DNA of 64,000 nucleotides from Planctomycetota bacterium (GTDB lineage: Bacteria; Planctomycetota; UBA8108; SXIK01): contig CBDCXR010000004.1 of the NCBI GenBank assembly GCA_965223845.1, forward strand, positions 4,640,001-4,704,000, read 5' to 3'. The translations under genes were made by a program, and so were the position numbers. Position 1 is the stretch's first letter. Every line of letters starts with the position of its first letter. The notes below the pieces were generated by a model. It was not told the origin of the DNA. It saw only the letters and a program-made list of their open reading frames with translations, and ran no database searches. Shown one piece after another: positions 19,373 through 28,083 of the stretch.

Positions 19373-22180
19373 TCAGTCCGATCCTGAAGTCGCCGGCGCG
19401 CCGAAGAACGTCGCCGCGTTCCCGCGAAGCCCCCCGTCGGCGTCGATCCACGAGTCGAGGACGATTCCCGTCGATGGATCCGTCAGGCGGCGGATCAGAG
19501 TCTGACCGAGCGGTCCGCAGACGTCGGGATCCGTCGCGCCGTCCCGGAGGTTCGGACCCGCGCCCGGTTCGAGAAATGCGTGATTGTTTGAACCGTTCGA
19601 GACGCCGTTTTCGTTCACGATGCGATCGAGGTTGAATCGGACGCTCGCCGGGTCGAACACCTTCGATGCAGGTGCGACGTCGTCGCAGCCGTACCGATTG
19701 ACATCGTTGTCGAGCGGGTTGACGGCGCAGCCGTTCGCGTCGAACAGATAGAGTCCGGTGCCGAGCCCCGCGACCATGTGCACCCAGAAGGGCGAATCCA
19801 TTTGATTGCCGGGATTGCGTCCGATGTGCTCCTGGAGAAGAGCGAAGTCGAGCGCGCCGAAATCGTTCGCCTGAATCGCCGTGCGAAACGTGTCGTACTC
19901 GGTCCCGTACTGAGTGATCGCGTTCTCGGTCAGATGGCAGCTCACGCAGTAGCGCGGCCCTTCGTTGTCGTCGGTCACCCGACCGCGGATCGAGTGCGGC
20001 ATCATCGCGTTATGGCTTAGCGATGGATACGGGTTCGACGGATCGTTCCCGGAGCCGTTGCGGTCATTGAACGCGAAGACATCCGAGCGGACGTCGTTCT
20101 GATCGCGGTAGCGGAAGAACGTCTCCGTGTTCGGGCTGATCGGGCTGATCTTGTTGTGAGCGTCCACGCCGAGCTGAAATGGGACCGGGGTCTGGTAAAC
20201 GAACTCGGCGAAGCGCTCGCGGAAGACGATGCGATCCCCCGTGATGTTGCTGAAGTTATTCCCCGTGTTGTACTCGCCCTCGAGGTGACAGCCGATGCAG
20301 CCGTTCGTCCAGGAAGCGTGGCAGGAGACGCAGCTCATATTGTCGCCGTGGCTGAAGCCCGACGTCACGCCGCCGGTTTGCTGCGGACCGATTCCCGTCG
20401 ACGGATCACCGTCGGCCCGCCCCATCGCGTACGACGCGCGTTCGTTGTAGATCGGCTGTCCGTCGAGCGGGTTCGTCCGCCCATTGTCGACGACGACATC
20501 GCGCGTCTGCGGGACGTAGTGGCGCCGTCCGGTCAAGCGGCTCACGAGGAAGTAGTGCCCGGCCCCGTCTCGCGTCACATGACGGAGCGGCTGACCGTCG
20601 GAGTCCGTCGCCATGACGGCGAGCCGGCCGTCGTACGTCGTTCCGGTCGTCGTCTGGGCGTAGGCCTCTGCCGTCCCGTGGCAGCTCTCGCAGCGGATGG
20701 CGACCGCCTGCTCCTGCCGACTCAGAATCTGGAGATCGTTCGGATCGCCGACTCGACCGCCGTGGAGATCGTGACTGCCATGGCAGTCGATGCAGCCGAG
20801 ACCGGCCTCGTAGTGGACGTCCGGCGGCGTGTCGTCGCGAAGGTCGCCGTCGTAGTCTTCCATGAGGAGGTACTGAGCGCCGTTTCGCCCGTTGAAGGTT
20901 CGATTGCCGACGACCGGGTCGAAGAGACGCGTGTCATTGAAGCTGAACTGAAAGCGCACGGGGTTCGCGGGGTATTGCACTCGCCGGGCGACGTCCCGGT
21001 TCTGATCGAGACGGATTCCCCAGTACTGCATCACCGTTCGATTCGATCCCTGATGGCAGCCCGCACAGGTGTAGTCGTCGATTCCCTCGACGACCTCACC
21101 GCTCGGGAGAGTCTGCGCGATGCTCGCGATCATGTGACGACGCACGTGCGCTCGCTCCGGCGGATCGATGTCGTCGGGATCGAGGGGCTCGAACTTATTG
21201 ATCCGCGGGTCCGTACTCCGGCTGCGCCCGTCGAGCGAGTAGCGCATATGGCACGCGGTACAACCCGACGAGCGGAAATCGCCGTAGCGGTTGTTCGCCC
21301 CCGCGCTCCCGAGATGACAATCGCCGCAGGTGAACGCCACCTGCTCGTGGTAGAGATTCGCTAGCGGCGATCCCGTCCGGAGCCGTCCGTCGGGCTCGAA
21401 GCTGAGCGGGAGGTCCGTCGACGCGTAGACTCCCGAATTGTTGAAAATATCGTCGGCGTTCGTTCCGCCGAATCGACTGAACACCGGAAACTCCATGAGC
21501 TCCGCGACCGGCCCCACACGGTTCGGATCGAATGCGAACGCCGCATCCAGATTCGCGCGGAACCCGAGATCCGCGGCCGTGTTCTCGTAGAGACCGACGT
21601 TTCCCGGGACCTGATTCGGGACGCCCGCCGCGTACATCGCACCCGACAGAACGCCGGCTTCCGTCGCGAGAAGACTCTTCTCTACGCAGTCGACGTGCGG
21701 CTTGTGGCACTGACCGCAGCTGCGTCCGTCCGTGACGACGCGGAGATCGCCGGGATTGACGAATTGGAGGTAGTCGAGCGCCGAGTACGTCGTCCCGCCG
21801 ACGTCGTAGTCCGCGAACTTGTCGATTCCGGTGAGCGTGAGTCGGTTGAAGTACGCATGGCGATTGAAGCGCTGATTCTCTCGGTCCCCGATTTCCGGTG
21901 GCGGCGGAACGTGGGCGCCGAGCTCCGTCTGCGCGGTGCCGTCACCGCCGTGACACTCGGTGCACTTCAGCGTGGCCGCGCCGGGGAACGGATGCGGATT
22001 CTCGAGTCCCGGACCCGAGTAGTCGTCGTGCAGCCCGCCGTTGTGACAACGCATGCACGACTCGGCGGTAGCCGCCTGCGGCGTTACTCGCTCGTCCTCG
22101 TCACCGGAATTGTCCGAGCAGCCGCACAGAGTGAAGCCGACCAGCGTGGCGCTCAGCGCTAGTGTCGCGAGTCGTTCCAT
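19373..22180 (-). CDS. Undecaheme c-type cytochrome lipoprotein (935 aa)
   Basis: MERLATLALSATLVGFTLCG|C lipobox-like signal. Eleven CxxCH counted: CMRCH, CTECH, CGQCH, CGDCH, CTACH, CAGCH, CIDCH, CESCH, CVSCH, CIGCH, CVSCH. Confidence 0.9.
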   Translation of the reverse strand: MERLATLALSATLVGFTLCGCSDNSGDEDERVTPQAATAESCMRCHNGGLHDDYSGPGLENPHPFPGAATLKCTECHGGDGTAQTELGAHVPPPPEIGDRENQRFNRHAYFNRLTLTGIDKFADYDVGGTTYSALDYLQFVNPGDLRVVTDGRSCGQCHKPHVDCVEKSLLATEAGVLSGAMYAAGVPNQVPGNVGLYENTAADLGFRANLDAAFAFDPNRVGPVAELMEFPVFSRFGGTNADDIFNNSGVYASTDLPLSFEPDGRLRTGSPLANLYHEQVAFTCGDCHLGSAGANNRYGDFRSSGCTACHMRYSLDGRSRSTDPRINKFEPLDPDDIDPPERAHVRRHMIASIAQTLPSGEVVEGIDDYTCAGCHQGSNRTVMQYWGIRLDQNRDVARRVQYPANPVRFQFSFNDTRLFDPVVGNRTFNGRNGAQYLLMEDYDGDLRDDTPPDVHYEAGLGCIDCHGSHDLHGGRVGDPNDLQILSRQEQAVAIRCESCHGTAEAYAQTTTGTTYDGRLAVMATDSDGQPLRHVTRDGAGHYFLVSRLTGRRHYVPQTRDVVVDNGRTNPLDGQPIYNERASYAMGRADGDPSTGIGPQQTGGVTSGFSHGDNMSCVSCHASWTNGCIGCHLEGEYNTGNNFSNITGDRIVFRERFAEFVYQTPVPFQLGVDAHNKISPISPNTETFFRYRDQNDVRSDVFAFNDRNGSGNDPSNPYPSLSHNAMMPHSIRGRVTDDNEGPRYCVSCHLTENAITQYGTEYDTFRTAIQANDFGALDFALLQEHIGRNPGNQMDSPFWVHMVAGLGTGLYLFDANGCAVNPLDNDVNRYGCDDVAPASKVFDPASVRFNLDRIVNENGVSNGSNNHAFLEPGAGPNLRDGATDPDVCGPLGQTLIRRLTDPSTGIVLDSWIDADGGLRGNAATFFGAPATSGSD

Positions 22181-22325
22181 CGCATTCCACCGTTCAAGCC
22201 CAGTCGGGCCCGTAAACTCTGCGCCCGCTATCGCAGTCGCCGGCTCACGAACCGCCCCGATGCAAAAAGTTCCCGCGGGGGGGAATCGCAATCGGTACGC
22301 CAAGACGCGATGGGATTCGGCCCCT

Positions 22326-22360
22326 CGGGACATCCGCTCGAGAATCTCGAGGATGTCCCG
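22326..22360. repeat. Strong intergenic inverted repeat (hairpin)
   Basis: CGGGACATCC-GC-TCGAG-AAT-CTCGA-GGATGTCCCG: 10-bp and 5-bp perfect arms, with no U-tract on either strand. Confidence 0.7.
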
Positions 22361-22472
22361 GAAGGAGAGTAGGATGCGAATCGGCGGAGCGCTCATCGGC
22401 GCGGACGGAAAGCCGCGCTTAGGGCGGCGATCGACCAGGACGATTTACCTGACCGGGGCGATTTCGGGGCAG

Positions 22473-24161
22473 CTACCAGCGGAACGTGAGCGCGACGTCC
22501 GCGAAGATCCGGCTCGCTTCGCTCGTATCCGAATACGCGACTCCGGCGGCGAGAAGCCAGGCGCGGGAGAGACGCCAGTGGAAGCGGAGCGAAGCGTCGA
22601 CGACGTGCTGCTCGGCGCGGACTCGACCGAAGAAGTTCGCCCCGCGGGTGGTGAACTCGGTGTAGCGGTAGCCGACGGCGGGCTCGACGATGAATCGATG
22701 CTCAGCGAAGGGAAGATAAAACGAGACGCGGCCGCCGAAGCCCTCGTGCCGCATTCCGTGAAGATTAAAGGCCGATAGCGTCAGACTTCCCGCGGGGAGA
22801 CCCGGCAGTCCGACGCGCGTGAGCGAGACGTTGCCGCGCCAAACGTTGTCCGCGCTCGAATCGAGGAACGCGATCTCTTCGGAGAGGCGCAGGCTACCCG
22901 GAAGCTGATGCGAAGCTCCGATCCAGTAGCGCCAGAAGCCCGAGTCGATCCACTCGTTCTCGTCGAGGTTGCCGATGTCGAGCGCGTCGCGTTCGCCCTC
23001 GGTATCGGGGAGCTCGTGCTTGTCCACGCCGCCGCGGAGTGTGAGCGCGGGACCAAAATCGCGAGTGAGGAGAACGTTGAGTCGTGTCAATCGAACCGGT
23101 CCGCGGTCCGCCTCGGCTGCACCGACGTCGACGTCCACCTCCGACGAAGCGTACGCCGTGAACTCGTCGCGATCGAGCCGCTGATCGACGAGGAGCGCGA
23201 GTCGGTCGGGGCTCCAGCGGTAGAGGGAGCCGAGAAGTCCGGCCGTCATCGAATAGTACTTCGCCCCCGGATCCCCGGACTCGTATGTGAGGTACGGGAC
23301 GACGACGAGCTCGTCCGCGCGGAAGTCGAGATCGTTTCTTCCCGGACGGAAGCCGACCACCGACCCGAAGCGCGTCGCATCGCCGGTGACCTGCTCCGCT
23401 TGAATGCCATCGATGAATCCGACGCCGGGCAGCTCGCGAGGGACGAATCGTCCGAACCGGAGCCAACGCTCGTCGATCCGGCGGTGGAAGGAGAGGCGAT
23501 AGAGCTCGAAGCGAAGTCCCTCGTAGCGGCTGCCGTCGTAGCCGGATCCGTCGCGAAACGCGACATCTCCCGACCATTCGAGCGTCCAGGGCGTGCCTTC
23601 GACGTACTCGAGGGAACCGCTCGAACGCGCACGGGTCGCGTAGAAGTCGTGCTCGTCGGACGCCATCTGATACGCCTGCCGGAGCGTGAGCGAACCTTGA
23701 AAGAGATTTCGCTTCTCACTCGTCCCGGTCGAGTAGAGCTGGAGACGACCCATCAAGGGAACGAAGGAATCGTCCCGATCGCCCTTGAGCGTTTTCGATC
23801 GCTCCCGCTCGCCCTCTTCCGCGACCGCCAGGGCGTCGGCGTGGAGAATCAGATCATCTCCCGCTGCGAGCTTGTTCTGCCGGCGGTCCTCGACGATCTC
23901 GAGAAACACCGACGACTTCGACGTGAGACCGATCCGCACGGTCGCGACGCGATTCCCTTCGAACTCGAGCCAGCCTTCCCCGCCTTCGACGAGTTTCGTT
24001 CCGGAGCCGATCTCCACGTAGACGCCATCGGTCGTCTCGTAGAGATAGCGGCACGGGATCGCTGATTCGTCTCCGAACGCTCGAGACGCGGTGACACACA
24101 GCACGACGACGAGCGCCGCGCGAAGCGTGTGGTTCAGTGCTCTCGAGGACGCGGAAACCAT
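22473..24161 (-). CDS. Putative outer-membrane beta-barrel (porin) of the cytochrome cluster
   Basis: Signal peptide. Many alternating amphipathic aromatic/Gly-rich strands. C-terminal beta-signal-like ADVALTFRW. Lies between multiheme genes. Confidence 0.75.
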   Translation of the reverse strand: MVSASSRALNHTLRAALVVVLCVTASRAFGDESAIPCRYLYETTDGVYVEIGSGTKLVEGGEGWLEFEGNRVATVRIGLTSKSSVFLEIVEDRRQNKLAAGDDLILHADALAVAEEGERERSKTLKGDRDDSFVPLMGRLQLYSTGTSEKRNLFQGSLTLRQAYQMASDEHDFYATRARSSGSLEYVEGTPWTLEWSGDVAFRDGSGYDGSRYEGLRFELYRLSFHRRIDERWLRFGRFVPRELPGVGFIDGIQAEQVTGDATRFGSVVGFRPGRNDLDFRADELVVVPYLTYESGDPGAKYYSMTAGLLGSLYRWSPDRLALLVDQRLDRDEFTAYASSEVDVDVGAAEADRGPVRLTRLNVLLTRDFGPALTLRGGVDKHELPDTEGERDALDIGNLDENEWIDSGFWRYWIGASHQLPGSLRLSEEIAFLDSSADNVWRGNVSLTRVGLPGLPAGSLTLSAFNLHGMRHEGFGGRVSFYLPFAEHRFIVEPAVGYRYTEFTTRGANFFGRVRAEQHVVDASLRFHWRLSRAWLLAAGVAYSDTSEASRIFADVALTFRW

Positions 24162-24198
24162 CGGGATTCGGTCGGACGCGGGCGAAAGTGCCCCTTCC

Positions 24199-25086
24199 TC
24201 ACCTCCAAGCGACCGTGTTGTGACAGTCGAGGCAGTTCGTCGAAAAGCCATTCGCGACGTGATTCGGCGCGTTCACGTAATCGTTCTGGTGACAGGCGAA
24301 GCAGTTTGGATCGAGCGGTGTGAACTGCCCGCTCGCGTGACACTGCGTGCAGTCGAGACCGGCGTGCCCATCGACGAGCGGGAAGGCACTGTGGTCGAAA
24401 CCGCGCGCAGTCCAGGCGAGCGGGGTGTGACATCTCTGGCAGTCGTAGTGCCAGCCGTTGATTACGTGCGGCGGCGACGCGCGCGCGGCGTCTCGCTGAT
24501 GGCAGAATTCACACTCGGGCTGAGTGCCCCGATACTCTCCGAGCGTCGCTCGCTCGTGGCAGGTCTCGCAGGGGGTGATCGCGTGCGCTCCGACCAATGG
24601 AAACCGCGTGCGCGCGTGATCCGCGATCAGCCCGCCGGGACGCCAATGCTCCTCGCCGTGACACTCCGTGCACGCGTTGCCGAGATTGCCGCGGTGCGGA
24701 TCGACGTGACACCCTCCGCATCCCCGCGCAACGTAGGCCTGAACGGGTCCCAGATCGTTGTGGCAAAGAAGACAGTTCGTTTCTGCGTGGGCACCTCGAA
24801 GCGGATGACCGGTCTCCTTCTCGTGATCGAAGGTGAAATCGTCGCGAATCTCGTGCCAGGAGTCCGCGACGTGACAGGTCGAGCATTCCATCGAGAAGTT
24901 GTCGTGCGGCACCACGGGCCCCCACGACTGTTTCCAACTGTTCGGGGGCACGAAGGTCTCGCAGCACACGACTCCGAGAAACGCTGCAAGGGTCGCGAAC
25001 CACACGAGTAGCCGCCCCGCCCGAAGGAGGCGGACGCGATGCGCGCGCGGCTCGATGGAATCGAATCTATTCGGAGCTGAATTCAT
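24199..25086 (-). CDS. Decaheme c-type cytochrome with FDH..F.L.G.H repeats
   Basis: N-terminal hydrophobic segment ending VVCC. Ten CxxCH: CSTCH, CLLCH, CGGCH, CTECH, CETCH, CEFCH, CQRCH, CTQCH, CFACH, CLDCH. Confidence 0.9.
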   Translation of the reverse strand: MNSAPNRFDSIEPRAHRVRLLRAGRLLVWFATLAAFLGVVCCETFVPPNSWKQSWGPVVPHDNFSMECSTCHVADSWHEIRDDFTFDHEKETGHPLRGAHAETNCLLCHNDLGPVQAYVARGCGGCHVDPHRGNLGNACTECHGEEHWRPGGLIADHARTRFPLVGAHAITPCETCHERATLGEYRGTQPECEFCHQRDAARASPPHVINGWHYDCQRCHTPLAWTARGFDHSAFPLVDGHAGLDCTQCHASGQFTPLDPNCFACHQNDYVNAPNHVANGFSTNCLDCHNTVAWR

Positions 25087-26782
25087 GGCAGCTCTGACAC
25101 TCCGTTCCCAGCGGCTTGTAGTGAACGACCTCTTCGCCTTCGACCTCGACGCGGCGGTGACACTTCGAGCACTTCACCTTTTCGTGCGCTCCGTCGAGCT
25201 TGAACTGCGATTGCGTGTTGTGATCGAACGTCGTGATCGTCCAGAGCTCGAAGGATCGATGGCACGACGAACAGCTCTCGTAGTCGCGGAACTGGCCACG
25301 GTGTACGTCGCGGTGGCAGCCGCCGCAGTCCCGCGGCGTCCCCTCGTAGCGACGCACGACGCCTTCGACCCCGGGGCTTTCGATCTGCACGTGGCAGTCG
25401 TTGCAAAGCGCCTTCGCGTGGCCACCCTCTAAGGCGTAGTTCGACGCCTTTGCGTGGTCGTACGGCCGGATCTCGAAGCTGACCGCGTCCTTTCGGTGGC
25501 AGGAGTCACAGTCGCCGGTTTCGATCTCGCGGCTGAACTGCGGTCCGTGAGGAGTCGCATGGCACCCCTTGCAGCTCTTGCTCGTCCCGACGAAGCGTCG
25601 CGTCTTCTCGTCGGCGGGAATCGTGTGACACGCCGAACACGCGGTCGCTCGATGCGCCCCGGAAAGGGCAAACGCCGAGGAATGGTCGTCGACTCCGAAC
25701 GCGGCGGGAAGGAATCCCGACGGACTGTGACAACCGACGCAATTCGCCCCCTTCTCGCCGAACTGCCCGAGGTGCTCGTCGCGGTGGCAGGCCGCACAAT
25801 TGAGCTGGTTTCGAGCGTAGCCGGGAACGGCCGGATCGTGATAGCGCTCCTCGAGCGTCAACTCGTGTGGATGGCATCCGGCGCAGGCGACACCGTCGTG
25901 CGGTACGCCGAGCTTGAATCCGGTCTGTGCGTGAAGCGCGTCCGAGACGTGGAGCATCGCGCCCCGCCAGTGACTCTCCGAAAGCTGGTGGCAATCGCGA
26001 CAATTGCCCACGAACGTGTGGTGAGGCGATCGATGGCAGCTTTCGCAGTCTCGGCCCCGCACCCGGTCGAAGGGAAACGGATGCGGACGACGCCGATCGT
26101 CAGCTTCCGGCAGTACGTGACACTCGGCGCACTCGAGGCGCTCATGCCCTCCCTCGAGCGGAAACTTCGCGCCGTGATCGAACCCGACCGTGGGACGGAA
26201 CCACTCCTGCCCGTGACACGAGCTGCAGTCTCCGCTGATGCCGTCGGTGTGCACATCTTCGTGGCAGGCGGTGCACTCCTGCGTGAGACCGAGAAAGGAC
26301 TCCGCTCGCTTGTGATGACCGAACTCTCCACCGAGAGAGAACTCGCTGTCGCGTTTTTCCGTATGGCACTCCGAGCAATCGAGCTGCTCGTGCTTGCCGG
26401 CGAGCTTGAACTCCGTGTGAGGATGGCGGTAGGCCGCTTTCACATATGGCCCCCACGACGCCTCGCTGACGAGGTCGAACGACGCGCCGTTGTGCTCCGA
26501 GTGGCACGATCGACACGCCACCTCATCGTCGAGGAGAAAATGGTGGATCCCGCTGCCGCCCCAGATCTGAGCGGCGATCTCCTGGTGGCAATCGAGGCAT
26601 CCTTCCGCGAGGCCGCCTTCGCTGTGGCAGTGAACGCACCCCTCGGCGGTCGTGAGCTTTCTCACCTTCGCGTGGGCAGACGAAAGTCCGCCGGGCATCG
26701 GTGCATACTTCGCGAGCATCGCCACGAGGACGAGAATGATCACGGTGCCGACGGCGATCGGTGTCTTGGGATTGAGAAGCAT
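25067..26782 (-). CDS. 20-heme c-type cytochrome with N-terminal membrane anchor/signal
   Basis: Twenty CxxCH counted in 571 aa. Six H-x(3-5)-F/Y-x-L-x-G-x-H-like repeats. Start overlaps the upstream stop (TGATG). Confidence 0.92.
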   Translation of the reverse strand: MLLNPKTPIAVGTVIILVLVAMLAKYAPMPGGLSSAHAKVRKLTTAEGCVHCHSEGGLAEGCLDCHQEIAAQIWGGSGIHHFLLDDEVACRSCHSEHNGASFDLVSEASWGPYVKAAYRHPHTEFKLAGKHEQLDCSECHTEKRDSEFSLGGEFGHHKRAESFLGLTQECTACHEDVHTDGISGDCSSCHGQEWFRPTVGFDHGAKFPLEGGHERLECAECHVLPEADDRRRPHPFPFDRVRGRDCESCHRSPHHTFVGNCRDCHQLSESHWRGAMLHVSDALHAQTGFKLGVPHDGVACAGCHPHELTLEERYHDPAVPGYARNQLNCAACHRDEHLGQFGEKGANCVGCHSPSGFLPAAFGVDDHSSAFALSGAHRATACSACHTIPADEKTRRFVGTSKSCKGCHATPHGPQFSREIETGDCDSCHRKDAVSFEIRPYDHAKASNYALEGGHAKALCNDCHVQIESPGVEGVVRRYEGTPRDCGGCHRDVHRGQFRDYESCSSCHRSFELWTITTFDHNTQSQFKLDGAHEKVKCSKCHRRVEVEGEEVVHYKPLGTECQSCHEFSSE

Positions 26783-28083
26783 CAGCGTCGTCCGAAGAGG
26801 TCACCGAATCCGAGTGCGATCGCGACGTGAAACACGATTCCGAACAAGAGAACGATCGCTAGCCACCGGTGGAAGAATCGCCATGCTCCGATGAGACCGC
26901 GCAGCTCGCGGCAGCGGACGAGCCAACGCCTCTCGCCCCAAAGCCGCACCGCGAGGGCGAGCGCGCGCTGCGCCTCCGAGTCCTGGCAGCGCTTGGCGGC
27001 ACGTTTCAGACGCGCGAGATCGCGCTGCCCTTCGGGATCTCCGCGCACGAGATTGACGATCGTGGCGATGGAAGCGAGCGGCCCTCGCCGTGAACCCTCG
27101 TCGTCGAGGGCGATGATCTTCGGATCGAAGCCGAGCTGGATCAGCTTCCGCCGGTAGACGGCGAGGCGGAGACGGATCGTCTCGAACTCGTTCTCCCGCC
27201 CTTCGAGGTAGCGCGGAACGTGCTTGTAGACAAAGCGGCCGGCCACGCCGCTCACGACGACGATGGCCATCGCCGTGAACGCGAGCATGCCGAGAACGCT
27301 GTGCGGGATAAACGCGGAGTGAAACGCGATGAGAATCGGACCGATGACGCCGGCGAGCATGTGGAACTCGAGCCATGCGCGAGTCGCGCTCGGGCGAACG
27401 CGCGCCGTCGATCGCTTGCGCACGAAGTAGTACATCGAGGCCGCCATGAGCGCCGTTCCGGCGAATCCAAGTGAGAGTCCGAGGACTCCCGATGGACGGA
27501 GCAGTGCGTGGAGATAGTGAAGCGGCCGCAGAGACGGAGTGAGGACGTAGTAACGCCAACCGATCACGGCGAGCACGACGGCGAGCGAGACGACGAAGGC
27601 GCCGGCCGCTCGACACGCCCACGTGAACCGCACACTGCGAGCTTCGTCGTCCGGGTGCGGCGCGAGTTCCTCGTCGATCTCGTGGTCGATCTCGCCTTCA
27701 ACGCGAGCGAGGAATCGGTCAAAGTCCGGATCTTCGAGCTCGTCCGCGCGACGAAGATACTCTTCGAAGACCGGGTCGAAGACCTCGCCCTCGCGGCCGA
27801 GGATCGTCCGCTTCGGATCGTCACTGCGAACGAAGAAGTCCTGCGCTTCGCGCTGAACCGCGGCGTCGTCGACCGCTTCTTCGCGCGCGGGAGTATCTGC
27901 AGAGTCGGCGGGAAAACGGGGCGCCGGATCCGCCGCCGGCGCGCTCTCGGCGCTGACCTCCGGCGGATCGGGAGACAGATCGACGTCGTCGGGAACGATG
28001 ACGACCGGTACGCGCTCGAGAATGAACACCTTGCGCCGAGTCGGCGCCGAGTCGCGCTCTAAGGTCTGCCCGTCGTCATTCAT
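26782..28083 (-). CDS. Inner-membrane di-heme cytochrome b / ferric-reductase-like protein with acidic N-terminal extension
   Basis: About 5 TM helices. Two H-x13-H pairs (FHMLAGVIGPILIAFH; FHRWLAIVLLFGIVFH). ATGA overlap with the upstream gene. Confidence 0.75.
   Translation of the reverse strand: MNDDGQTLERDSAPTRRKVFILERVPVVIVPDDVDLSPDPPEVSAESAPAADPAPRFPADSADTPAREEAVDDAAVQREAQDFFVRSDDPKRTILGREGEVFDPVFEEYLRRADELEDPDFDRFLARVEGEIDHEIDEELAPHPDDEARSVRFTWACRAAGAFVVSLAVVLAVIGWRYYVLTPSLRPLHYLHALLRPSGVLGLSLGFAGTALMAASMYYFVRKRSTARVRPSATRAWLEFHMLAGVIGPILIAFHSAFIPHSVLGMLAFTAMAIVVVSGVAGRFVYKHVPRYLEGRENEFETIRLRLAVYRRKLIQLGFDPKIIALDDEGSRRGPLASIATIVNLVRGDPEGQRDLARLKRAAKRCQDSEAQRALALAVRLWGERRWLVRCRELRGLIGAWRFFHRWLAIVLLFGIVFHVAIALGFGDLFGRR

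Noticed and set aside
22473-25086. Calling the decaheme/porin pair mtrA/mtrB
   Set aside because: The heme count matches MtrA, but the FDH..F.L.G.H repeat architecture and the shorter barrel do not resemble MtrA/MtrB as I know them. No symbol assigned.
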